Positions 10,348 through 21,100 of a DNA stretch of 64,000 nucleotides are shown here, piece by piece (positions within the stretch are counted from its first letter, which is position 1; each line of letters begins with the position of its first letter). A program made the position numbers and the translations under genes. Under the pieces are notes generated by a model. That model saw only the letters and a program-made list of their open reading frames with translations. It was not told the origin of the DNA and did not search any database. Origin of the DNA: Acidobacteriota bacterium (GTDB lineage: Bacteria > Acidobacteriota > Blastocatellia > Pyrinomonadales > Pyrinomonadaceae); NCBI GenBank assembly GCA_019639235.1, contig JAHBSG010000003.1, positions 2,446-66,445 on the forward strand, given 5' to 3'.

Positions 10348-11523
10348 GTGAACGAAAGGATCACAGAATTCATCAGGGCTTTCGCCGATGCTCTCGAGGC
10401 AGGCACCTTCGTCAAGCTTACACTCGGGAATTATAAGGGCACGGACGAACATCTGCAAAAGATATTCCTCCGCCGGATAACGACCCGCAAGGGCGAGCGG
10501 ATGCTTTTCCAGTATCGCTACGATATGCGCGACGTCGTAAAGAACTACGAGCTCGACGAGGCCCGCGAACGGCTTGCGAAGTATCTCGACTCCGGGTTTC
10601 GAAATTCACACCTCTTTACGACCGAAAACGACTTTCAGCTCGATATCGGCAAGCGAAACGCCCGGCTGAACAAGGGCAAGCCGACCTTCCGTAAGCTCCC
10701 TCAGAAGCACCACGACCGCGAGAAACACCACCTCATCGACCCCGGCTCTGAGTATCTGCGGGCACTCGGCGTTTCGTCAGAGGACGGGAAGATCCGCGCC
10801 GATCAACGCGATAAGTGGAAGCAGATAAACAAGTTCGTTGAGGTGGTCGACGGCCTGATCGAGCGTTCGGGGCTTATAGGGAAAGGCGAGATCTCGGCAG
10901 TAGACATGGGCTGCGGAAAGGGGTACCTGACCTTTGCCCTTTACGACCATCTGGTCAACAACCGCGGCATCGCGGCCACCATAACCGGCATTGACCGGCG
11001 TGCGGACCTGATGGAAACCTGCGAGAGCATTGCCAAGGCCTGCGACTTCGAGGGGCTGAATTTTCGTGTCGGCGACATTGCCGGAGCCGAGGTCGGCAGT
11101 CCGGATATCCTCATCGCACTCCACGCCTGCGATACGGCGACCGACGATGCGTTGGCAAAGGGAGTTGCCGCCGGGGCGACCGTTATCGTAGCGGCACCGT
11201 GCTGCCACCAGCAGGTTCGCAAGCAGCTCAAACCGCCCACGGAGCTTGCCGAGATATTAAAGCACCCGGTTCTGCTCGAACGGACGGCCGAAACTCTCAC
11301 AGACGGCCTCCGCTCGATGCTCCTCGAAAGCCGCGGCTACGCGACCAAGCTATTTGAATTCGTCGCGACCGAGCACACGCCGAAGAACAACATGCTCGTC
11401 GCCGTAAAGGAACGCGAGCCCGACGCCGAAATAGCGAACGCCGCAGCCGAGCTCATGGCCCGCTACGGCATCACCGAACAGCGGCTCGCCACCGAGCTTT
11501 CCGCACAGGCTATTTCAGCTTAA
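10348..11523 (+). CDS. Class I SAM-dependent methyltransferase
   Basis: Motif I 'AVDMGCGKGYLTF' and post-I acidic residue 'GIDRR'. GTG at 10348 is preferred because the ATG at 10312 would overlap the divergent DinB gene. Confidence 0.7.
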   Translation: MNERITEFIRAFADALEAGTFVKLTLGNYKGTDEHLQKIFLRRITTRKGERMLFQYRYDMRDVVKNYELDEARERLAKYLDSGFRNSHLFTTENDFQLDIGKRNARLNKGKPTFRKLPQKHHDREKHHLIDPGSEYLRALGVSSEDGKIRADQRDKWKQINKFVEVVDGLIERSGLIGKGEISAVDMGCGKGYLTFALYDHLVNNRGIAATITGIDRRADLMETCESIAKACDFEGLNFRVGDIAGAEVGSPDILIALHACDTATDDALAKGVAAGATVIVAAPCCHQQVRKQLKPPTELAEILKHPVLLERTAETLTDGLRSMLLESRGYATKLFEFVATEHTPKNNMLVAVKEREPDAEIANAAAELMARYGITEQRLATELSAQAISA

Positions 11524-12049
11524 AGGAAGGAAAGACAACCTCATCTATCGGCCGCTCCGCACCCGCCAAGGTCAGGCAAAAGAACGCATAGATCTCCCGC
11601 CCGCGGTTCGCAAACCAAAAGCGTCCCCGAACCTCGCCCGCTGTAAATGATTGGTCATATCCGGGCATGCCCGCGTACGTGATCTTCTTTTCCGGGCCGA
11701 GTTCGAGTTTCGTGGCATCGAGGAGTCCGGACTTGTCTTCCTTTAACGAACCTACGATTCCGTCCCGAAAACCGCGGAAGAACGTCAATCGGTCCGCCGC
11801 CGCATTATTATCGCTGATATCGATATCAGTTTGCCGAGCAAACACAACAACGCCCTGTCGGTTCGCCGCAGTGAACATCGGATAACCCTCGGCAGTATCC
11901 AATTCGGGCTCGGCCGGCATCGCAAGTGAGACCTTGCCGTCCAAAAGGTCGTACGCCTTCCAACCTGCGGGCAGTTCGGCTTGAGCATTTACAAGTGAGG
12001 AACTTACTAAGAGCATCGCCAGAATGGCGAAAAGATGTGATTTTTTCAT
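11510..12049 (-). CDS. Secreted hypothetical protein
   Basis: Trimmed to 'MKKSHLFAILAMLLVSSSLVNAQ' (signal peptide). No family recognised. Confidence 0.5.
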   Translation of the reverse strand: MKKSHLFAILAMLLVSSSLVNAQAELPAGWKAYDLLDGKVSLAMPAEPELDTAEGYPMFTAANRQGVVVFARQTDIDISDNNAAADRLTFFRGFRDGIVGSLKEDKSGLLDATKLELGPEKKITYAGMPGYDQSFTAGEVRGRFWFANRGREIYAFFCLTLAGAERPIDEVVFPSFKLK

Positions 12050-12172
12050 TTCAAGTAGCGGCGAGCGTGGAGCTTGACCGTAAGCGGATGATAGCCGAAT
12101 CCGCACCCGCACGCAATAGAAAAGGCCCAGGCTTTCACCCGAGCCTCTTGCATCGGTGTGGGATCGATCTCA

Positions 12173-12802
12173 CTAGAAGTTAAAACCGATCACATTCGCG
12201 TTGCCGATGTTGAAGCCCTCAACGAAGGCGTCGGTTTCAAACACCGCATTCAACGCCCCGGCCGCTTCCGAACGAAGCGTCACGCCGACTCCGGCGATCG
12301 AAATGAACGGCCCATTAGCCGAAACCTGTGCGTTGCTGAGGTCGAGATTAAAAAGCGGAATGCGCCCGACCACCGAGCCGTTGGCCGATGCGAGACCGGT
12401 GATGATGGGCTGGGCACCGGTCGTGTCGATCGCAAACCTTTCGATCTTCACCGCTGCGGAGCCTCGCTCGAAAATAAGGCCGCTCGAGTGAAGGATCTCG
12501 CCGCGGAGCGTTTGAGAATCAAGCGTCGCTCCGGTTATTGGGAAGGACGCGATACCGCGCCGGATCCGGATCCGGGTCGAAGACATCACATCGATGTTCA
12601 GCGACTGGGCCGCGAGGACGAATCCGTTGCTAAGGCGGACGTTCGTCAAACCGGTAGCGAGATTGATCTGGCCGTCAAAGTTTCCGACGGCTTCGTGTTT
12701 CGTCGTCGAGTTCGGGTCAAAGCCCTCCTCAGTTTTCTGAGCGTTCACTGCCGAAAAGGCGAGCACGAGTGAAAAAAAGGCAAGAATTGTTTTTTTGATC
12801 AT
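12173..12802 (-). CDS. Secreted hypothetical protein
   Basis: Signal peptide 'MIKKTILAFFSLVLAFSAVNAQ'. Beta-rich, ends in aromatic 'IGFNF'. Confidence 0.5.
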   Translation of the reverse strand: MIKKTILAFFSLVLAFSAVNAQKTEEGFDPNSTTKHEAVGNFDGQINLATGLTNVRLSNGFVLAAQSLNIDVMSSTRIRIRRGIASFPITGATLDSQTLRGEILHSSGLIFERGSAAVKIERFAIDTTGAQPIITGLASANGSVVGRIPLFNLDLSNAQVSANGPFISIAGVGVTLRSEAAGALNAVFETDAFVEGFNIGNANVIGFNF

Positions 12803-12929
12803 GTATCCCCCTTGAAGATTTGGTTTTTACTGTTCGTGAACGTTTTCGCCGAGGCGTCGTGGCCAGATTCACTCTTTCAGGCCTCTTTCATCTGATTTCG
12901 AAGCGAATTCCGACAATACCCGGTTTTCT

Positions 12930-12959
12930 TTGACAAATCGGCCAATCTGCAGGTATTCT
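12930..12959 (+). promoter_or_regulatory. Candidate sigma70-like promoter for rpmE
   Basis: 'TTGACA' at 12930-12935, 18-nt spacer, 'TATTCT' at 12954-12959, about 36 nt upstream of the rpmE ATG. Confidence 0.3.
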
Positions 12960-12994
12960 TAGTGTTTGTCTTTATTATTAGGCAGGTAACCGTA

Positions 12995-13213
12995 ATGAAA
13001 GCTGAAATACATCCGAAATACGACGAGATCACGGTCTCATGTGCATGTGGCCATTCGTTCCAGACGCGTTCAACGATGGGCGAAGAACTCCACATCGAAA
13101 TTTGCTCGGAGTGCCACCCGTTCTTCACCGGCAAGCAGAAGCTGGTCGATACCGCCGGACGCGTTGACCGCTTCAACAAGCGTTACGCTAGGGGAGCACA
13201 GGCCGCGAAGTAA
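12995..13213 (+). CDS. rpmE: 50S ribosomal protein L31 (Zn-ribbon C+ form)
   Basis: 'MKAEIHPKY...CACGHSF...[28 protein letters not shown]'. Confidence 0.95.
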   Translation: MKAEIHPKYDEITVSCACGHSFQTRSTMGEELHIEICSECHPFFTGKQKLVDTAGRVDRFNKRYARGAQAAK

Positions 13214-13385
13214 TTGGCAAAGGTAAAGCTCTGAAAAGCGCGAGAAAACACCTTTATTAGAACAACATCGACCGACGCCCGTTCGCGCCGAACGCTTCTT
13301 GTGTGACAGATCCACACATAGGCAGGTTAAAGCGAACAGGGCGTCGTTCTCATTTAGGACAAAGCACCGTACTGAGAGGAGCAGC

Positions 13386-14528
13386 ATGAAAAGCAAAAGA
13401 GCGTTCGAGCGACGATTGACGCGTTTTATTCATACGGTCTTTGCCGTCGAGCGGGACCTGATCGTCGGCGGCCAGGCCGTGATGGAAGGCGTAATGATGC
13501 GAACGCCGTCGGCCTATGCCATCGCCTGCCGCAAGCAGGATGGCTCGATCGTCACGACCGCCGAAACGCTCCCGAAATGGAGCGACAAATACAAGTGGCT
13601 CAACATTCCCGTGCTCCGCGGCGGTGCGACGCTCATCCAGACGATGGCCCTCGGCATCAAGGCCTTGAATTTCTCAGCAAAGGTCTTTGAAGATGACCAG
13701 CGAGCCCAAGAAGAACTTACCGAAGAAAAGGCGTTCGAACTCGAGGCCGCACTGGTCGAAGGGACAACCGACGAGAACTTTACTAAGGCACGCACCAAGG
13801 TGGTGATGCCGAAGCAAAAAGCCAAAGAAAGTTCAGGCAGCTCGGCAAGCACGGTCGGCTCGATCATTTTCGCACTCGCCTTCAACATCCTGCTTTTCGT
13901 CGTTGCCCCGCTCCTGCTTACGAACGTCGCGTTCATCGCCTTCGGCTGGGCCGAGGCACCGGCGATCCCGCCGGATGCCGTCTGGTGGACAAAGCTATAC
14001 GCCTATATTTGGGAGACAAAGCCGCACTCGTGGATCGCCTTTAACCTCGTGGACGGTATCGTCCGGATGATATTTTTCATCGCGATGATCTGGTCGATGT
14101 CGTATATGCGCGACATCCGCCGCGTCTTCGAATACCACGGCGCCGAGCACAAGACCGTCTATGCTTGGGAGAAAGGGCTTGAGCTTACACCGGCGAATGC
14201 GGCCGAGCAGCGTCGCCAGCATCCGCGGTGCGGAACGTCGTTCCTGATGGTAGTAATGCTTGTCTCGATCGTGCTCTTTTCGGTCATCGCATTCGAGCAG
14301 ACCTGGCTCAACCTTGTCGTTCGGATCGCTCTGATGCCGCTCGTCGCCGGCCTCTCCTATGAGGTCATCCGTTATGCAGCCAAGAAAGAATCCGGGCCGA
14401 TCTTCAAATTCATGACGCTTCCCGGCATTTGGCTGCAAAACATCACAACTCAGGAACCGGACGACGAGCAGCTCGAGGTGGCGATCATCGCCCTAAACGA
14501 ATCGCTGAAGCTCGAACCCGCTTCCTGA
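13386..14528 (+). CDS. DUF1385 family membrane protein (commonly linked to prfA/prmC)
   Basis: '[15 protein letters not shown]', 'YHGAEHK' and 'HPRCGTSF' motifs. ATG at 13386 chosen within the longer ORF. Confidence 0.8.
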   Translation: MKSKRAFERRLTRFIHTVFAVERDLIVGGQAVMEGVMMRTPSAYAIACRKQDGSIVTTAETLPKWSDKYKWLNIPVLRGGATLIQTMALGIKALNFSAKVFEDDQRAQEELTEEKAFELEAALVEGTTDENFTKARTKVVMPKQKAKESSGSSASTVGSIIFALAFNILLFVVAPLLLTNVAFIAFGWAEAPAIPPDAVWWTKLYAYIWETKPHSWIAFNLVDGIVRMIFFIAMIWSMSYMRDIRRVFEYHGAEHKTVYAWEKGLELTPANAAEQRRQHPRCGTSFLMVVMLVSIVLFSVIAFEQTWLNLVVRIALMPLVAGLSYEVIRYAAKKESGPIFKFMTLPGIWLQNITTQEPDDEQLEVAIIALNESLKLEPAS

Positions 14529-14611
14529 ATGATTTAGCCACAGAGGCCACCGAGAAGGTCTTTTATGGGACACGATCCTCACTTCTCTGTGCTCTCTGTG
14601 GCAAGAATTTT

Positions 14612-15688
14612 ATGCTTGAAAAATTGGCACAGATCGAAAAGAACTACGAGGAGCTGACCGAGCAGATCTCGTCGCCCGAGTTCATGTCGGACATGCAGCA
14701 GTATGCGAAGCTGATGAAACAGCATCGCACGCTCGGTGAGATCGTCGAAAAATACCGCGAGGTGAAAAAACTCACCGAGGGCCTCGCCGGTGCTCGAGAG
14801 CTTCTCGACACCGCCGATGACGATGAAATGCGGGCGATGGCCGAGCTTGAGATCGCCGAGATCGAGGAAAAACTCCCGCCCGCCGAGGAGGAACTCAAAT
14901 TCCTGCTTCTCCCGAAGGACCCGAACGACGAAAAGAACGTCATTCTCGAGATCCGTGCCGGGACCGGCGGCGATGAAGCCACGCTTTTCGCTGCGGAGAT
15001 GCTCCGGATGTATGCCCGCTATGCCGAGCGGCAGGGATGGCGGATGGAGATAATGGAAACGGCCGATACCGGCGTCGGCGGCATCAAGGAAGCCATCGCG
15101 ATGATCGAGGGCGACAACGTTTACTCGAAGCTGCGGTATGAATCGGGCGTCCACCGCGTTCAGCGAGTGCCTCAGACCGAAACCCAAGGCCGCATCCACA
15201 CCTCGGCGATAACGGTCGCCGTACTTCCGGAGGCCGAAGAGGTCGATATCCAGATCAATCCGAACGACCTTCGCGTCGATACGTTCTGCTCCTCTGGGCC
15301 GGGCGGCCAATCGGTAAATACGACCTATTCCGCCGTTCGCCTGACGCACCTTCCTTCGGGGCTCGTCGTTTCGATGCAGGATGAAAAGTCGCAGATCAAG
15401 AACCGCGAAAAGGCGATGCGCGTTCTCCGAGCAAGGCTGCAGGAGATCGAAGAACAGAAGCAGCAGGCCGCACTCTCGGCCGAGCGAAAATCGATGGTCG
15501 GCAGCGGCGACCGCTCCGAAAAGATCAGGACATATAACTTCAAGGAAAACCGCGTCACCGACCACCGGATCGGGATGACCGTTTATCAGCTCGATCTGGT
15601 GATGGAAGGCCAGATCGATGAGTTCGTCGAAGCACTCAGAACGCACTACCAGACCGAAAAATTGAAGGCTGAAGCAAATTCGGTATAG
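14612..15688 (+). CDS. prfA: Peptide chain release factor 1
   Basis: '[11 protein letters not shown]' GGQ motif, '[17 protein letters not shown]' with the RF1-specific P-x-T tripeptide, and 'DHRIG' near the C-terminus. Trimmed to '[10 protein letters not shown]'. Confidence 0.97.
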   Translation: MLEKLAQIEKNYEELTEQISSPEFMSDMQQYAKLMKQHRTLGEIVEKYREVKKLTEGLAGARELLDTADDDEMRAMAELEIAEIEEKLPPAEEELKFLLLPKDPNDEKNVILEIRAGTGGDEATLFAAEMLRMYARYAERQGWRMEIMETADTGVGGIKEAIAMIEGDNVYSKLRYESGVHRVQRVPQTETQGRIHTSAITVAVLPEAEEVDIQINPNDLRVDTFCSSGPGGQSVNTTYSAVRLTHLPSGLVVSMQDEKSQIKNREKAMRVLRARLQEIEEQKQQAALSAERKSMVGSGDRSEKIRTYNFKENRVTDHRIGMTVYQLDLVMEGQIDEFVEALRTHYQTEKLKAEANSV

Positions 15689-15697
15689 AATGTCGGA

Positions 15698-15994
15698 ATG
15701 AGAACGAGGCTCCAAACCTTACAGATACTTGAAGATAACCTCGAACGCATCAAGGCTTTCGGGGTCAAACAGCTTGGCATCTTCGGTTCGGTGGCTCGCG
15801 GTGAGGAAACGGAGAAAAGTGATATCGATGTTTTGGTCGATCTGGAAAGGGAGACCTTCGATAACTACATGGGTTTGCTTTTTTATCTGGAAGACCTCTT
15901 CGGCAAAAAGGTCGATCTCGCCATAAAGAACTCGCTTAAGCCTCGCATACGAGATCGGATCTTATCTGAAACTGTTTATGTCAAGGGACTATAG
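15698..15994 (+). CDS. mntA: MNT-type nucleotidyltransferase antitoxin
   Basis: 'GIFGSVARGEETEKSDIDVLVD' (GSxxRG...DxD). Confidence 0.85.
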   Translation: MRTRLQTLQILEDNLERIKAFGVKQLGIFGSVARGEETEKSDIDVLVDLERETFDNYMGLLFYLEDLFGKKVDLAIKNSLKPRIRDRILSETVYVKGL

Positions 15995-16331
15995 TCTGTA
16001 TCTCTACGACATTCTCGAAGCTTGTCAGAGTGTGCAGGAATACACCTACGGTCAGACATTTGCCGAATTTGTGACCGATAAGAAGACGCAGGACGCTGTC
16101 ATTCGAAATCTCGAAATAATCGGCGAAGCGGTCAAGAATATTCCTTCCGAACTCCTTGCAACGCGGACCGAGATCGAATGGAAACAAATTGCGAGGTTTC
16201 GCGACAATGTGATCCATCGGTATTTCGGCGTTCAGTTAACGATCGTTTGGGACATTGTCGAAAACAAGCTCGGAGAACTTGAGACCGCAGTTCGCGACAT
16301 GATCGAGAACTATCCTGACGGAGCCGAATAG
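15978..16331 (+). CDS. hepT: HEPN/DUF86 toxin
   Basis: 'RFRDNVIHRY' (R-x4-H motif). Overlaps mntA by 17 nt. Confidence 0.85.
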   Translation: MSRDYSLYLYDILEACQSVQEYTYGQTFAEFVTDKKTQDAVIRNLEIIGEAVKNIPSELLATRTEIEWKQIARFRDNVIHRYFGVQLTIVWDIVENKLGELETAVRDMIENYPDGAE

Positions 16332-16340
16332 ACAAAAGCG

Positions 16341-16997
16341 ATGGCGAGCACAAAACTTTTCCTGATCCGCCACGGGCAATCTGCCGGCAATGCCGAAGGG
16401 CGTTTCGGCGGGCATGGCCCGACACCGCTTTCCGATCTCGGCCGGCGGCAGGCGGAGGCCACGGCTCGGCACTTGGCCGAAGAGGGCATCTCGGCAATCT
16501 ATTCGAGCGACCTTCACCGTGCGGTCGAGACCGCGTCCGAACTCGCAAAGTTGACCGGGCTTGAGGTGAACAAGACCAAGGCCTTTCGTGAGCGGCACGT
16601 CGGCGTGCTTGAAGGGTTGACGTTTGACGAGTCACGAGAGAATCATCCCCGTGATTATTACGCTCTGGTCAACCGCGAGGTCCACCACGTAATCACGAAA
16701 GGCGAAAGCTATTCCCAACTCCTTGACCGCACCAAAAAGAAACTCTGGGACATCATCCGCCGCCACGAAGGCGAGCGCGTCGCCATCTTTTCGCATACCG
16801 GTGCGATCTGCTTTATCACGCTCCACCTGATGGGCGCCATCAACCGCCGGACGCAGCGGACGCCCTGGATCGTCACCTCAAATTGCGGCATCAATCGCTT
16901 TGAGATCCGCCCGCGGCGGAACATCCGCGTCCTCGCCATCAACGACACCCGCCACCTGCTCGACATCACCGGAAACGATTCCTTCGCCGCCCGTTAG
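16341..16997 (+). CDS. Histidine phosphatase family protein (phosphoglycerate mutase-like)
   Basis: 'LIRHGQSAGN' RHG motif, downstream 'SSDLHRA' and 'FSHTG'. Confidence 0.85.
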   Translation: MASTKLFLIRHGQSAGNAEGRFGGHGPTPLSDLGRRQAEATARHLAEEGISAIYSSDLHRAVETASELAKLTGLEVNKTKAFRERHVGVLEGLTFDESRENHPRDYYALVNREVHHVITKGESYSQLLDRTKKKLWDIIRRHEGERVAIFSHTGAICFITLHLMGAINRRTQRTPWIVTSNCGINRFEIRPRRNIRVLAINDTRHLLDITGNDSFAAR

Positions 16998-17066
16998 CCT
17001 CGCGTCCGTTGACTCACACGTTAAAAGAACTCACAATTGAGCAATTCCATTCCTTGAGGTATTGCT

Positions 17067-18062
17067 ATGAGATCAAGTAGTTTTTTTGCCGCGGTTTTCC
17101 TTATCGCGGTTTTCTTCGTCTCGGGCTCATCGGCTCAGGACGTCCGGTCTGTCACGGGCCTTCCGATCCCGGCTGGCCAGCCCGTTATTTGGGGACAGAT
17201 CGATATCCAAGGCATCCCATCCGGGACCAAGCGTCCGATCGTAAGTGTTCTGCTTCTCGCCGAGGGAGTTGAGCGGGGACGGACACAGATCAATGACGAA
17301 GGCTATTTTTATTTTCTCGAAAGGCCCCGCGACGGGCAATACCTTGTTGTAAACATTGGTGGGACGGAGATCGGCCGGCAGCCGATAACGTCGTCCCGCG
17401 GCGAACGCTATGACATGACGATCAATTGGTCCGAGGATTTCGGCCGCACCAGCTCGCCCGGGGTCATTTCGGTCAAGGATGTCTACACGGGCCGGAGTGA
17501 AGCGAACAGTAAGCTCTTTGACCAGGGGGCCGCGGCCGCCAAGGCAAAAAAGAACGCAGACGCGATCAAGCTTTTTAACCAGGTCGTCGCTGCGGATCCG
17601 AAGGATTTTGTTGCCTGGACCGAGATCGGGACGCTCCACTTCGGCAATAATAAACTCAGCGACGCCGAGAAAGCGTACACCAAGGCCCTTGAACTAAAGC
17701 CCGATTTTGCCATTGCCCTGGTCAATCTCGGCAAGGTACAGTTCTCGCAGAACAAGAATGATGAAGCGATCGCCACGCTTCTAAAGGCCGTTGCCGCCGA
17801 GCCGAACTCGCCCGAAGCAAATCATTTTCTCGGTGAGGCATACCTCAAGGCCCGGAAAGGCTCGCTTGCGGTCGGCTACCTCAATAAAGCGATCCAGCTT
17901 GCACCCATAGAAAAGGCAGAAGTTCACCTACGCCTCGCTGCCCTTTATCATGCCGCCGGGGCTAAGGACCGAGCGGTAGCAGAATACAAGGCCTTCCTTG
18001 AAAAGGTTAGCGAGCACCCTGAGCGAAAGAAGATCGAGCAGTACGTAAAGGATAATTCTTGA
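17067..18062 (+). CDS. Secreted TPR-repeat protein
   Basis: Signal peptide, then repeated TPR-like 34-mers ('AEKAYTKALELKPDFAIALVNLG', 'AIATLLKAVAAEPNSPEANHFLG'). Confidence 0.75.
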   Translation: MRSSSFFAAVFLIAVFFVSGSSAQDVRSVTGLPIPAGQPVIWGQIDIQGIPSGTKRPIVSVLLLAEGVERGRTQINDEGYFYFLERPRDGQYLVVNIGGTEIGRQPITSSRGERYDMTINWSEDFGRTSSPGVISVKDVYTGRSEANSKLFDQGAAAAKAKKNADAIKLFNQVVAADPKDFVAWTEIGTLHFGNNKLSDAEKAYTKALELKPDFAIALVNLGKVQFSQNKNDEAIATLLKAVAAEPNSPEANHFLGEAYLKARKGSLAVGYLNKAIQLAPIEKAEVHLRLAALYHAAGAKDRAVAEYKAFLEKVSEHPERKKIEQYVKDNS

Positions 18063-18082
18063 GGCATTCCTGATCGCAAATA

Positions 18083-18112
18083 AAAAAGCCGGCCCGAGAG
18101 CCGGCTTTTTTG
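18083..18112. terminator. Bidirectional rho-independent terminator between convergent genes
   Basis: A-run, stem 'GCCGGC' (18089-18094), loop 'CCGAGA', stem 'GCCGGC' (18101-18106), T-run (18107-18112). Confidence 0.7.
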
Positions 18113-18131
18113 TCTGTCTCAAGGATACGAA

Positions 18132-21100
18132 CTAGAATTCGTACCTAAAGGCGAACTGCATTACACGGGCAGGTCCCTGCGTGCCGACATAGTTGCCGAA
18201 CGACGGGCCCGGAGCGCCGACGATGTCCGGATCAAGTCCGAATGTCGGATCCGCATTTCCGAAGAACTGAACCGAGTTGGTCACGTTGAACACATCCCAA
18301 CGGATCTTGATCTTGTGATTCTCGTTCCAGGGCATGTTAAATGCCTTCTGCAGTCCCATGTCCATCACCCAGAAATCGGGTTCGCGGAGCTGGTTTCGGT
18401 CTCCCGACTCACCCGGTGCCGGGCTTCGGAATGCACGATAAGCTGCGAGCCGATTCGTGTAAGCATTCGGCACACCGCCCGTTCCGCTTGTCCTTGACGG
18501 AGTCTGCGAGATCGGACGAAGTTGGACCATGTTGCTTCGTACGTTCCAGTTGGTCGGCCAACCGGCGACGTCAAAGTACGGGCCTGACGGGTAGCCGGTG
18601 TTCCACCGATAGATCGATGAGAACTGCCATCCGCCGAGGAATGCATCGGCGATCTTGTTCATTCCGCTAAAGAACGTACGGCCGCGGCCGATCGGAACAT
18701 CCCAGATCGCATTGACGTTGACAACGTGGCGGAGGTCGAAGTCCGAAACCGCCTTGTTGTCTTCCTGACGAAGCGGGTTCAGGATGAACGCCGTTCCGTA
18801 AACGCCCGAGGTCTGAAGACCCGAAGCGTCATCGATCGACTTCGAGAACGTGTAGTTGAGGTCCCACGTCAAGCCTTTGTACCGCTGACGAACCGAAAGG
18901 GTCGCACCGTGGTAGTCAGAGCTGCCGATGGTTCCGTAGGCCGAAAGGGCACCGTACTGCCGCTGATAGAAATAGCGGTTGCCGGTAAACCGGTCGAACA
19001 CGTCCTGAAGGAACGTCCAGTCCGTTCCGAACTCGTAACATCCGAAGGTGATCGGATTGGTGGGTTCACAGCCCGGCGAACGCGAGTTTGCCATGATGCC
19101 ATAGACGGCACGGCTGTTCGAGAGGCCCGTTCCAAAGAACAACGCATCGAGGCTTCCCGGTGCATACATGTTCTCGAAGAACGGCTGGTTCGGAACCTGC
19201 GTTACCGGCGTACCATTGCGGCGATGCCATTCGAGTGCCTGTGCGGCCTCGTAATAGGTCTGTCCGGAAACCGGGTCACGAAGGTTGTTCGGAGCCATTA
19301 CGTCACGTGCGGCCAGCAGATTGCGGGCAAGACGGCCGACGTAGGAAGCTTCGACGTACATTCCCCACGGCATTCTGCGTCCGAGGCTGACGTTCCACGA
19401 GTAGTTGATCGGCGAGACCAGGTCATCGTCGAGCGATCCCTCAATGCGGCGGGAGTCGTTGAACGGCTGCTGCTGCGGGAACGTTGCCGCTGCAGGAACA
19501 GTGATGCCCGGAAGCGTGCGGATCGCCATACCCGAACCCGTGTAAAGCGGTGCCGGGTTCGTGGTGATGTTGTAGGTGTTAGCTGAAATGGTCTGGTTCG
19601 AGGAGAATCCAAGACGGTTGTTGCCGTCAAAGTTCACCGCGAGAGCCTGGCCGAAGTAGTCGTTCGTGATGGCAAAGCCGCCACGGATGACCGATTCACT
19701 GTTCGTGCCGAAGATCGTGCCAAGCCAACCGGACTTGAAGTTGGGCGACCATGCGGCCGAAATGCGCGGCTGCCAGTTGTCCCAATCCATTTTGTAGAAG
19801 CCCGGTGCATTGTTCGCCTTGCCGGCCAAAATGACCTGAAGCGGCTCGGTATAGTTTTGCCCCTGTTCCGCGGCATCTATACGTCGCTGCAGGTATTCAG
19901 AAAGGGTAATGTTCGGCTTTGCCTGGAAACCCTGCGTCTCATACACCGGAGTGCTGAGGCCGTAGCGGATACCGAGGTTCAGCGTGAAGTTCGGACGGAT
20001 CTTCCACGAATCCTGAGCATAGAAGTCATACTCTTCCGCTGCCCATTCGCGAACGACCGGCGTTCCGGCTCCCTGCGGTTGGCCATCCAACCGGAAGTTG
20101 AAGTTAGCGCCGTACTGCGACAAGCGGCCAATGAGTCCCGTAAGAGCACGCTGTATCGAAAGCCGCAATGCCGGTGCGACTTCGAACCCGGCTCCGAGGT
20201 TATCGATAGCACGCGTAAGGTCGGCACCTGCACCCGCGTAGAACGACGAGTTAGCAACGCCGTTGTCGAAAGCGGCTGCAAAGCTCGTGCGCTTGTTGCG
20301 GATAATGCGGAAGTTAACACCGAACTGGAACGTGTGATCACCGGTGATCCAGTTAACGTCGTTTGTTATGTTCTGAACCGGGGTCACGCGGCTGAACGTA
20401 CGAGCGAAGAGTGCCGGCGAGAATACATCACGGAAAGTGATCGCATTGTCGGCCGAGTCGCCCTGATCGCTGAACGCATTTCGGGTCAGGCCATAGCTAA
20501 ACCGGTTTGTCAGGTTATTGCTGATCAACCACGTATGCGAAACCTGAAATCCGAGCGGATGGCTCCAGGTGTCCGTTCCCGGCGTGTCCGGGAAGGCCGG
20601 AGCATTCGCGAAAAGGTCCTGCTGGTAGTTACCACGGACGGAGATCGTGTGCTTTTCGTCCGAGGTCACCTTCCAGTCAAAACGGGCGGTGTGCGTGTTT
20701 AGCTCAACCGGGAGCGGTGCGTTGAAGCGGAAGCCGCCCGTGTTGAAGCCGTCACCGATCTGGAAGTTGTTCGCAACATAACGTGACGCGGCACTCTGGA
20801 AAAGAGCGATCGTCAGGGGGTTCATGTCGACAACATCTCCCGGAGCGGTACCGCCGGCCGGGACGACCAAGCTGTTCAGCTGTGCCAGAGAAAGCGTGAC
20901 GTTCTGTCCGGCCGTATTCTGATAGCGCAACTGGCCCTGGCCCATGCTCGCAAGCGGGACCAACCGGTTGACCGAGACCTCTTTCGATTCGCGCATTCCC
21001 TCATAGTTATAGAAGAAGAAAACGCGATCCTTTACGATAGGTCCTCCGATCGAACCGCCGAAGAGGTTTCGGATGAGTTTCGGGCGTTCGATGCCGGCGA

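Noticed and set aside
14579-15715. 378 aa antisense ORF opposite prfA; similar long antisense or alternative-frame ORFs at 925-1791, 23672-25105, 26649-27797, 29731-31299, 31546-32397 and 60991-62154
   Set aside because: The opposite strand or frame encodes proteins with unambiguous family motifs (RF1, PhnE, REC/TPR, MCP, CheA, TssA). The shadow ORFs are R/G/A-rich products typical of GC-rich DNA with few stop codons.
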